Origin: Verrucomicrobiaceae bacterium
GTDB lineage: Bacteria > Verrucomicrobiota > Verrucomicrobiia > Verrucomicrobiales > Akkermansiaceae
DNA length: 64,000 nucleotides
Direction: 5' to 3'
Assembly: GCA_051252135.1 (NCBI GenBank)
Contig: JBPOGH010000006.1
Coordinates: forward strand, 32,001 to 96,000
Position 1 is the stretch's first letter. The number at the start of each line of letters is the position of its first letter. Under the pieces are notes generated by a model. The model saw only the letters and a list, made by a program, of their open reading frames with translations, was not told the DNA's origin and made no database searches. Below, in pieces: positions 53,954 to 63,000 of this stretch. A program made the position numbers and the translations under genes.

Positions 53954-54877
53954 ATGGTCCGCAAAGATTTCCTCGATATTGTGTCGCTTGAGCGTGAGGA
54001 GATTGTGGATTTGTTGGATCAGGCGGTGCCGTTCAAGGATTTGTTCACGCGGTCGGTGAAGAAGGTGCCGGCGCTGAAGGGGAAGACGGTGCTGATGTTG
54101 TTTTATGAACCCTCGACGCGGACGCTTTCGTCCTTTGAGGTGGCGGCGAAGCGGTTGTCGGCTGATGTGACGATCTTTGATGTGCCGTCGTCCTCGGTGA
54201 CGAAGGGGGAGTCGGTGAGGGATACGATTGATACGTTGCAGGCGATGCGGGCGGATTACATTGTGGTGCGGCATCGTTTGTCGGGGCAACCGGCGGCGAT
54301 TGCGCGGCAGACGGGAGCGTCGGTGATCAATGCGGGAGATGGTTCCCATGCGCATCCGACGCAAGGGTTGCTGGATGCGTTTACGCTGCGGGAGGTTTAT
54401 CCGGAGCTGGAGAAGAAGCGGGTGTTGATTGTGGGTGATATTTTGCACAGCCGGGTGGCGAGATCGACGAGTACGATTTTGCGGAAGCTGGGAGTGGAGG
54501 TGGCGTTTCTGGGGCCGGGGAGTTTGGTGCCGAAGAGCGGGCCGGCCGACATCCGGAGGTTTACGAATTACGATGTGGCGATGAGGGAGTTCCGGCCGGA
54601 TGCGGTTTACCTTTTACGGGTGCAGAAGGAGCGGATGTCGGCGCCGTTTTTTCCGAGTGATCGTGAGTATCACACTCTTTACGGGGTGACCGATGAGCGG
54701 CTGAAGCAGCTTGCGGGCGAGGGGATTTACGTGATGCATCCGGGTCCGATCAATCGTGGGGTGGAGCTGTGCGATGCGGTGCTGGACTATGAACGCTGTC
54801 TGATTTCCCAACAGGTTGAGAACGGCATTGCGGCTCGCATGTCGGTTCTTTACGGCCTGAAACCTCAAACATCATGA
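53954..54877 (+). CDS. pyrB: Aspartate carbamoyltransferase catalytic subunit
   Basis: FYEPSTRT, HPTQ, GDILHSRVARS, RVQKER and MHPGP. Confidence 0.97.
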   Translation: MVRKDFLDIVSLEREEIVDLLDQAVPFKDLFTRSVKKVPALKGKTVLMLFYEPSTRTLSSFEVAAKRLSADVTIFDVPSSSVTKGESVRDTIDTLQAMRADYIVVRHRLSGQPAAIARQTGASVINAGDGSHAHPTQGLLDAFTLREVYPELEKKRVLIVGDILHSRVARSTSTILRKLGVEVAFLGPGSLVPKSGPADIRRFTNYDVAMREFRPDAVYLLRVQKERMSAPFFPSDREYHTLYGVTDERLKQLAGEGIYVMHPGPINRGVELCDAVLDYERCLISQQVENGIAARMSVLYGLKPQTS

Positions 54878-56148
54878 ATCTCTTTTTAAAAGGTGGCGAA
54901 ATTGCCACGGAAGATGCCGCTCCGGTGAGAGCGGATGTGTGGATCGAGAACGGAACGATCAAAGCGGTGGGTGCCGATCTGGCGACGCCGGAAGGTGCGC
55001 GGGTGATCGATGTGACGGGCAAGGTGGTGATGCCGGGGATGTTTGATGCGCATGTTCACTTTCGCGAGCCGGGGCAGGAGCATAAGGAGACGATCAAGGA
55101 TGGGACCGAGGCGGCGATCAATGGAGGAATTACGGGGGTGGTGATGATGCCGAATACGAGTCCGGCGATTGATTCGGCAACGGTGGTGAAGCGGGTTTTG
55201 GATGCGGGTAGGGAGTGCCGGATTCCGGTGCTGACATCCGGTTGTATCACGGTGGGTCGGGCCGGTCATGAGATGGCGGGGATTGACGGGATGCGGAAGG
55301 CGGGAGTGCTGATGCTGACGGATGACGGGGATGCGGTGCCGAATGCGGCCCTTTTGAAACGGGCGATGGAGTATGGGAGTGAGTTTGGGATGTTTTTTGC
55401 GAGTCACTGCGAGGAAGTGCAGCTTTGCGGGCCGCGGGCGTTGAACGAAGGGGCGGTGAGTTATCGTCTGGGGATTGAAGGGACTCCGGCTTTGGCTGAG
55501 GAAATTTCAATGTCGCGCGATCTGGCGTTGGCGTATGCGACGGGGGCGACCTTGCACATTCAGCATGTGAGCACGGCGATCGGGATGGAGCAGATCAAGT
55601 GGTGGCGCGATGAGCGGGGAGCGAGTGTTTCAGGTGAGGTGTCACCGCATCATCTGATGTTTACCGATGAGGACATCGGCGATTACGACACGCATTATAA
55701 GATGAATCCACCGTTGCGGACGGCGGCGGACAATGCGGCGTTGCTGCAGGGGCTGAAGGACGGGGCGTTTCGGATTATTGCGACGGATCATGCGCCGCAC
55801 ACCGAGTTTGAGAAATCACAGGCCTTTGTGGATGCTCCGAACGGGATTACCGGGTTGGACACGGCTTTGGTGTCGCTCTTTGACCGTTTCGTGGACAAGG
55901 GTGAGTTTGGCTGGGATTTGATTGTGAAGCGTTACTCTGCAGAGCCGCGCCGGATGATGGCGCTTGAGGTGGCGGAAGTGGCAGAGGGAAAGGGTGCGGA
56001 TCTGATCGTGTTCGATCCGAAAGGAGAGACGACGTTTACGAAGGAGTTCATGAAGTCGAGGAGTTCCAACACGCCGTTTTTGAACAAGACTCTGAAGGGG
56101 TCGGTTGATCTGGTGGTGCTGGGGGATGAGGTGCTGCTGGAGCGGTAG
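54874..56148 (+). CDS. pyrC: Dihydroorotase (type I)
   Basis: DAHVHFREPG, MPNT, HCE, KMNPPLR and ATDHAPH. Confidence 0.95.
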   Translation: MNLFLKGGEIATEDAAPVRADVWIENGTIKAVGADLATPEGARVIDVTGKVVMPGMFDAHVHFREPGQEHKETIKDGTEAAINGGITGVVMMPNTSPAIDSATVVKRVLDAGRECRIPVLTSGCITVGRAGHEMAGIDGMRKAGVLMLTDDGDAVPNAALLKRAMEYGSEFGMFFASHCEEVQLCGPRALNEGAVSYRLGIEGTPALAEEISMSRDLALAYATGATLHIQHVSTAIGMEQIKWWRDERGASVSGEVSPHHLMFTDEDIGDYDTHYKMNPPLRTAADNAALLQGLKDGAFRIIATDHAPHTEFEKSQAFVDAPNGITGLDTALVSLFDRFVDKGEFGWDLIVKRYSAEPRRMMALEVAEVAEGKGADLIVFDPKGETTFTKEFMKSRSSNTPFLNKTLKGSVDLVVLGDEVLLER

Positions 56149-56168
56149 GGGGAGGCGGTTTTTCAGAG

Positions 56169-56363
56169 ATGAAAAAATCAGGGTCAATCATTGTGATCGG
56201 AGTGATCCTTTTTTGGGCGGGCGTTTTTTTGATGGCGCCAGCGATTAGGGGCGACGGTGGATTGGCTCCTATCAACAAAGTTCCCGTATTGTTGCAATCG
56301 CTGGGGGTTTTGATGGTGGTCGGGGGATTGGTGGCGAGGAGACAGCCCGGGAAGAAGGGCTGA
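56169..56363 (+). CDS. Small membrane protein (2 TM helices)
   Basis: Two hydrophobic helices with basic ends; lies between pyrC and a terminator. Confidence 0.6.
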   Translation: MKKSGSIIVIGVILFWAGVFLMAPAIRGDGGLAPINKVPVLLQSLGVLMVVGGLVARRQPGKKG

Positions 56364-56389
56364 TTGTTTTTTAGGAGAGCGGTCCAAAG

Positions 56390-56423
56390 AAAAAGCCCGC
56401 AGGGATGATCCCTCCGGGCTTTT
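56390..56423. terminator. Bidirectional intrinsic terminator
   Basis: AAAAAGCCCGCAGGGAT-G-ATCCCTCCGGGCTTTT. Confidence 0.8.
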
Positions 56424-56447
56424 GAAAAAATTGAATCTCAGGGAGAT

Positions 56448-56888
56448 TTAGGAAATTTCCTGTGCGTAGAAATCCTGCCAGTCCTCAAGGTTGTTGAGGT
56501 TCACGGCGTCGAGGATTGCTCCGTTGTCAGCGATGCCGACTGCGGCAAGGATGTTGGCGCGGGTTGCGTCGTCGTGGTTGTAACCAACAACAGCGGCGTT
56601 GTGTGCGTCGATCTTGGCTGCGTCGATGGCGCCGCCGTTTTGGTCGAGGACCCACTGCTCACACTGGGTGTAGGAAGGCTTGTTTGCCTTGATGTAGTCG
56701 AGGAAAGCTTCGCGGTTGATACCGAGAGCGTCGAGGGTCATCTGGTCGAAGCCAGCTCCTGCTGCAGGGTAGTCAGAGTGAAGTTTACCGACGGCGTCGA
56801 GGGAAGCTTTCTGCCAGAGGCGTGGGAGGTGAAGGACACCGAGAGGTCCGGCGATACCGGAGGTGATGGTAGGAATGATTTGGCTCAT
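56448..56888 (-). CDS. DUF5069-like protein
   Basis: GPLGVLHLPRLWQK and FDQMTLDALG; likely start ATG 56888. Confidence 0.7.
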   Translation of the reverse strand: MSQIIPTITSGIAGPLGVLHLPRLWQKASLDAVGKLHSDYPAAGAGFDQMTLDALGINREAFLDYIKANKPSYTQCEQWVLDQNGGAIDAAKIDAHNAAVVGYNHDDATRANILAAVGIADNGAILDAVNLNNLEDWQDFYAQEIS

Positions 56889-57011
56889 TTCTTTGTTCTG
56901 TAGTTGGTTTCTGTATTCAGAGGCCAAGGCGTTTGGCAACTTAGGAGAAGTGTTAGCGGGCAGTGACATGTATGGCAAATGATTAGTGCCGAAGATTGGA
57001 GGATAAAGGGT

Positions 57012-58412
57012 TTAGGTGCCGCAGAAGGTGTTGCAGACGATTTCTTCGGGGGCGGGGGATTGTTCGAAGGATTCGTTTTGGGGTTGTTCGGTGAAGGGGT
57101 GGTTGAGGATGTGGTGGAGGCGGTGGAAGGGGCCGAAGTCTCCGGCGTAGGCGGCTTTAATGACTTCTGCGACGCGGTGGTTGCGGGGGATGAAGATGGG
57201 GTTGGTGCGGCGCATGAGGTCGTGGTCGATCTGATGCGGGTGATTTTTCCAACGGGTGAGCCAGTCTTGGGCGGGGGTGGGGTTTTTGAATTGGGCGAGG
57301 AAGTCGGGTTCGCTGGAGGCGAGGTGTCGGAAGGTGAGGGTGAAATCGGCCTGTTGGTCGGCCATGAGATCGAGGAGGTCCTGGTTGATTGACCAGTCGG
57401 AGTTGTTGGGGAGGCCGATTTTTTTGGAGAAGACCTGGAGGCGGGCGGACTTGTAGAGGTCAGGGAATTGTTCGAGGGCGTCCTTTGCGGAAGCGACGGC
57501 GGAATCCTCATCCTCGCCGAGTAGCGGGAGGAGGGCTTCGGCGAGGCGGGTGAGGTTCCATTGGGCGATGCCGGGTTGGTTTTGGTAGGCGTAGCGGCCC
57601 TGGCGGTCGATGAAGGAGTATTTTTGGGCGGGGTTGTAGCGGTCCATGAAGGCGCACGGGCCGTAGTCGATGGTTTCGCCGGTGAGGCTCATGTTATCGG
57701 TGTTCATGACGCCGTGGATGAAGCCGATGCTCATCCATTGGGCGATGAGTTGGGCTTGGCGGGCGATGACGCCCTGGAGGAGTTCGAGGGCGTTTGTGGC
57801 GGCGGGGTGGTGTCGGGAAATGGCGTAGTCGACCAGGTGGGCGAGGCTTTCGAGGTCCTGGCGGGCGGCGAAATACTGGACGGTGCCGATGCGGAGGTGT
57901 GAGCTGGCGACGCGGGTGAGGATGCCACCGGGCTCGAGCTCTTCGCGGACGACCTGTTCACCGGTGGTGACGGCGGCGAGGGCGCGGGTGGTGGGGACGC
58001 CGAGGGCGTGCATGGCTTCCGAGAGGAGGTATTCGCGGAGGACGGGACCGAGGGCGGAGCGGCCATCGCCGCGACGGGAGTAGGGCGTGGGGCCGGAGCC
58101 CTTGAGTTGGATGTCTTTTCCCGAGACCTCGCCGAGGAGGATGGCGCGGCCGTCGCCGAGTTGGGGGTTGAAGCTGGCGAATTGGTGTCCGGAGTAGGCC
58201 ATGGCGAGAGGTTCGGCGCCTTTGGGGATTTCGTTTCCGGAGAGGAAGGCGAGTCCCCGGTCGGTCTCGAGGGACGCGGGATTGATCCCGAGATCGGCGC
58301 AGAGGTCGTGATTGATCGCGATGAGGGAGGGGGAAGAGACGGGGGTGGGGTCGACCTTTTGGAAGAAGGTTCCGGGGAGGCGGGCGTAGGTGTTTTTGAA
58401 CTCGAAGGGCAT
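57012..58412 (-). CDS. selO: Protein adenylyltransferase SelO/YdiU
   Basis: YSGHQF, LGDGR, QLKGSG, GVMNTDN, DYGP and C-terminal TFCGT; start ATG 58412. Confidence 0.95.
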   Translation of the reverse strand: MPFEFKNTYARLPGTFFQKVDPTPVSSPSLIAINHDLCADLGINPASLETDRGLAFLSGNEIPKGAEPLAMAYSGHQFASFNPQLGDGRAILLGEVSGKDIQLKGSGPTPYSRRGDGRSALGPVLREYLLSEAMHALGVPTTRALAAVTTGEQVVREELEPGGILTRVASSHLRIGTVQYFAARQDLESLAHLVDYAISRHHPAATNALELLQGVIARQAQLIAQWMSIGFIHGVMNTDNMSLTGETIDYGPCAFMDRYNPAQKYSFIDRQGRYAYQNQPGIAQWNLTRLAEALLPLLGEDEDSAVASAKDALEQFPDLYKSARLQVFSKKIGLPNNSDWSINQDLLDLMADQQADFTLTFRHLASSEPDFLAQFKNPTPAQDWLTRWKNHPHQIDHDLMRRTNPIFIPRNHRVAEVIKAAYAGDFGPFHRLHHILNHPFTEQPQNESFEQSPAPEEIVCNTFCGT

Positions 58413-58475
58413 GGGGAATGGGGAAAAAGTTAAAAGGCTCTTTTCAGCGTTTGGTTGAGAGGTAGTTTCATTTCC

Positions 58476-59297
58476 ATGCTTCGACCACGGAAAAAGTACA
58501 CCGTTTACGATCTGCAACAACTGAAGGGGAAGCGGTGTCTGACCCATATTCATGTGAAGTCGCCGGAAGAGGCAGCGGCGGCCGAGGAGGCGGGGGTGGA
58601 TATTATGAGCTGCAGTTTTGATTCGCCGGAATCGCAGGCGCGGCTTCCGGGATTGGTGGCGGCGGCTCCGAAGAGTTTCTTTTCCTGTGCGACGCCGCAC
58701 GGGTTGGCGACGCAGGAAGAGGCGATCCGGGTGGGCTTCAAGGCCTTGGAGATGGGGGCGAGCTCGGTTTATTGCTCGGCAAGTCCCTTTATCATTGAGG
58801 GAATGACGCGGGAGCGGATTCCGGTGGTGGGGCATTTGGGGATGATTCCGCGTCATGTGACATGGACGAATTATCGCGGGATTGGGAAGTCGGAGGAGGA
58901 GGCGCAGGCGCTCTATCAGGGGATGCTGGACCTAGAGTCGGCGGGTGCCTACGCGGCGGAGGTGGAGTGTGTGCCGGAGAAGTTGGCGAGCTTTATGGCA
59001 TCGAAGACGAAGATGATTCTGATGTCGCTGGGGTCGGGACGGGGTTGTGACACGCAGTTTCTTTTTTCCGATGACATTTTGGGTGATTACGACGAGCGCT
59101 TGCCGCGGCATGCGAAGGCGTATCGGGATTTCGCTGCGGAGTATCGGAGGTTGCAAGCGGAGCGGGTGGCGGCGTTTGGCGAATACATTGCGGACGTGCA
59201 GAGCGGGAGTTTTCCGGGTGAGGCGAATTTGTTGAAGGCGGACGATGAAGTGATTGAGGGCGTGATTTCGAAGATTAATGAGCAAGAGCAATTCTGA
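58476..59297 (+). CDS. Divergent PanB-like (ketopantoate hydroxymethyltransferase fold) protein
   Basis: IPVVGHLG, AGA..EVECVP, SLGSG.GCD.Q and DILG kept; GDS, DMPF and VKLEG motifs altered. Confidence 0.75.
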   Translation: MLRPRKKYTVYDLQQLKGKRCLTHIHVKSPEEAAAAEEAGVDIMSCSFDSPESQARLPGLVAAAPKSFFSCATPHGLATQEEAIRVGFKALEMGASSVYCSASPFIIEGMTRERIPVVGHLGMIPRHVTWTNYRGIGKSEEEAQALYQGMLDLESAGAYAAEVECVPEKLASFMASKTKMILMSLGSGRGCDTQFLFSDDILGDYDERLPRHAKAYRDFAAEYRRLQAERVAAFGEYIADVQSGSFPGEANLLKADDEVIEGVISKINEQEQF

Positions 59298-59961
59298 GGC
59301 GATCGAGGTGCGTCCGGGTGAGCGGGAGGGGTTCGTGACCGGTCTTGATGGAAAGGCGATGCGGATTCCGGGTGGTTGGGGTCGGTTGCGTCCGGGGGAT
59401 GCGGCGTTGAGTCGTCGGGTGAAGATGGAGGGTCCGAGTTGGACGGTGATTGAGATCAAGCGGCGGAAGAAATTTTCGCACGGGATTCTGGCGCCGGCGG
59501 ACCGGATTGAGCGGCTCAAGGCGGAGCGGGAGTTGGAGAAGGACGATCCGAAGTATCAGAAGAAGCTGGAGTTGGGGCGGGCACGGCGGGCGAAGGCGGA
59601 GGAGGCTTATGCGGAGGAATTCGAGCAAGCGGTGTATCAGTTTTTGAACTTTGATGAAGACCATCTGGAATTGGCGAATGCGCTGACCAAGGCGGTGGCG
59701 GAGCATGCGGTGCCGGTGGGGAGCGGGACGGTGGCGCGGACGCAGCGGATTCCGGTGGAGCGGCGTGCGGAGGCGGCAGTGATCGCGTGGATGCGTCATC
59801 AGACGACGGCTTATGACAATATGGTCATTCCCCGGGAGAAGGGGGCGCGTCGGGAAGTGCGGCGGATACTGGCGGAGCGATCGCGCAAGTTGCTGGGGAG
59901 ATATCGTTCCGGAGGGAAGGTGGGGGAAGGGCGGTGTGTGTTAAAAGAGGCGCTCAAATGA
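59278..59961 (+). CDS. DUF2293 family protein
   Basis: HA...GSGTVART, AVIAWMRHQTTAYD and ARREVR. Confidence 0.8.
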   Translation: MSKSNSEAIEVRPGEREGFVTGLDGKAMRIPGGWGRLRPGDAALSRRVKMEGPSWTVIEIKRRKKFSHGILAPADRIERLKAERELEKDDPKYQKKLELGRARRAKAEEAYAEEFEQAVYQFLNFDEDHLELANALTKAVAEHAVPVGSGTVARTQRIPVERRAEAAVIAWMRHQTTAYDNMVIPREKGARREVRRILAERSRKLLGRYRSGGKVGEGRCVLKEALK

Positions 59962-59968
59962 GGGGACG

Positions 59969-60004
59969 AAAAATCCGCCCCCCAATCAAGGAGAGCGGAT
60001 TTTG
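59969..60004. terminator. Bidirectional intrinsic terminator
   Basis: Minus strand AAAAATCCGCTCTCC-TTGATT-GGGGGGCGGATTTTT. Confidence 0.75.
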
Positions 60005-60018
60005 ATAACAGTGGCTTT

Positions 60019-63000
60019 TTACAGACTGAGATTGGTAAATCGCAGATGGAGGAACTGTTTTGAGCTGTTGAGGGGGATGCGGCACATTCGAGCCTCCGAG
60101 CCTGCAATGACCGGAGGGGAGGGATCAAGCTCATCGATCATCCCGTTTTGATGCCAGTCAATCATGTCGGTGGAAGTCTCGGGGAGGTACCGGAGTCCGG
60201 CTCCAATCCGATTTTCCCAGACCCGGTAGTGGAGGACAAGACAGGGGACTCCTTCGAAATCTGCCACTGATTGCCCCAAGGGCAATTGGTCGATCGTGTT
60301 AGGATTCATGTTCAGGGCATACTCGGTGAAGTTGTCGACACCATCATTGTCGGGATCAGCTCCCGGGAGGGCATCGTCTCCGGAGAGGGAATGCTCTTCA
60401 GCCCAGCTGTCGTAATCGAGGGAGTTCCCGGCTTTTACGACGAGGACGACATTTTGCTGGGAAACCGGAGGGGCACCGATGACTGGGTAGGTGACATCAA
60501 ATCTTGCGGCAATCGCCTGATCGAATGTCCCGACCCGGGTGTTGGCATCGACCACTTCGAACGAGGTATCCACCGGTGGGCTAAATCCTCCTTCCAGGTT
60601 GGCAACAACTGTTCCGGCCAAGGTGGCCGTGTTGTTGACGACCAAGCGGTCAAAGTCCGGTGAGTTGCCTGCCACCCCGACCACGAGTCGTCCGGTTGAG
60701 GTTTGCTGGAAAGGCGGGGCGACGGTGAGCGTTCCGGTGGGTGACCCGATGGTCAGGGTGCCTTCGTTGATGAAGAGGTTCCCACCATAGACGCGGGAGA
60801 TTGATACCGCTCCAGGAGTATTCAGGGTTCCGGTGGGGAGGTTGCGCAGAGTCGAGTTCTCGTAGCATTGGACGACTCCCGATCCATTCAGAGTGAGGGT
60901 GCCCGCGTTGCGGAGTTCTCCGTTGAGGTTGATCCTTCTGAATCCATCGGTGGTCGTTGAGGCTGCTCCGTTAAAGGAAACCACTCCGCTGACGGTTCCG
61001 GAGCTCCATTCGATCGATTGACCGGTGAGAGAAGCCATGGATTCTGCGACTCCCAATAATTCCGCGCCGGCCAGTTCAAGAACCGAGCTATCGACTGTTG
61101 TTGTTCCAGCCAAGGTCGTCGTTCCTCCAATCAGGGCAGTGTTTCCGGGACCGGTGATGGTGTTTCCATCCCAGAATGAGAATGGCCCATTGATCGCGAT
61201 TCGACCGCTTTGGCAATTGATAGTTCCATCGCTGAAATACGGGATCGATTGAAGGAGCGAATCACCGTCTCCACCGGATTTCAGAATGGTGCCATGATTT
61301 GTGAGGGAGCTTCCTCCATAGACAATCTGAAACGGGCTTCCGTCGTCTGTCAGTTCCAGGGTCCCGGAGGCGTCAATTTCCACGAGGCATTTTTCATAAG
61401 CCTGAATATGTCCGTTTCCATTCAGTTTGAGCTTCCCCTGAATGTCGAGAGCGGCCCCCAGGTTCAGGCGTCTGAGTTCAGGGTCGCTTCCATCGACATG
61501 GAGGGTTGCGCCATTCGGGATGACAGATTGCCCTCCGAGATATCCGTTGGACCAGCTGCTTCCGTCGAGGAATCGAAACTCACCGTCAGGAAGTTGCCCC
61601 TCAATGGTTCCTCCGTCGAGGTGGGCAATGGCATTGACCGGGGCGATGGCTCTGAGAGTGCCACCGGTGACTCTAATATCCCCTGATCCGGTTATGGTGG
61701 AGTCGGTATCCAGTTCATGAATTCCTCCAGTGAAGAGGAGGGTGCCGCCTGAAGTGGCCTGGTAGGTTCCCGTGCTGGGGCCACCTCCACCATGACAGGC
61801 GAGGGTTCCCGCAGGGATACTGACGAGGCCGTGGTTGACGAGTTGATTGTTGATCTGAAGGTCACCGGACGAAGTCGTGGTAAGAAGCCCACCGGGCGCG
61901 ACTTCGAGGACGTTTCCTCCGTAGGTAATTGAGATGAGGGCCGTTCCGGTGCCTTCGCAACGACCGCCTGAATTGATCTTGATGAGAGTCCTTTCATAGG
62001 CAATCAAGGTGCCGGACGATAGCTCCAGAGCTCCAGAGACTTCGAGGGTGGCAAGAACATGGAGTCTCTTCTCGGCACCTGTGCCGTCACTGACTACGAG
62101 CCGTCCACTGGAACCAATGACGCAGTCACCATAGCTAATCCCGCCAGTCCACTCCAGGAGTCCATTGATGGAACCACCTGTGCCGGTGATGGAGCCGCCA
62201 ATCCAAGTGGTGGGAGCGGTGAACTCCACCGTTCCGGGTAGGTGCATGGTTCCGTTGAGATTGACCTGGCCAGTTCCGGAGATCGTGCTGCTGTCTTCGA
62301 AGTAGAGGGTATTGGTAAACTCCAGCGTGGAGGTGTTGCAGAGAATGTCTCCTTTGTGACGAATGGTGGGGCTGTCACAGACGGTCGTGCCGCCGGAACC
62401 ATTGGATTTTTGGAACGTGCCTTCGATGATGAGCTCATTCCCTCCGTAGACACTGTCAAATGGATCACCGTCGTTTGAGAGATTACAGACTCCATCCGGG
62501 TGAATTTGAACGACGCTGTTTTCGTAGAATTGAAGTGGTCTTGGTCCGGTCCAGCGGAGCTCACCGTGAACATCGAGCCGGGAGTTGATGTTGAGTCTCT
62601 TGAATTCTTCTCCGGTGATGTTGAGAAGAGAACCGTGGGGAATCCCGATCGCCCCCGCCAAAGTGCCGGCTTCGTAGTCGAGGCTTCCGACCAATGAGCA
62701 AGGTGCTGTTCCAGTCAGGGTTTCACCGATCATCCAAAGTGAGTTGACTGTTTCGGTGACCGTTCCACTGAGTCTGACGTCTCCGTTGAAGAGAATTGAA
62801 GAGCTTCCGGAAAGAGTCGAGCCATCGGTCAACTCGGTGAGCGGTTGGAGTTCGATTGTGCCGCTGTTCGATACCAATGATCCATTGTTCCGGAAGGCGA
62901 GCGACTTGAAGGTGGCGGTTTCTGATCCGGCGGATTTGATGACGGTGCCATCGTTCTCAAGCTGACTACCACCGTAGAGGATGGTGAATGGTGTTCCGTC

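Noticed and set aside
57012..58412. Selenocysteine in SelO
   Set aside because: The gene ends TFCGT-TAA with Cys and has no in-frame TGA. The track's extension to 58856 overlaps the PanB-like gene and is not credible.
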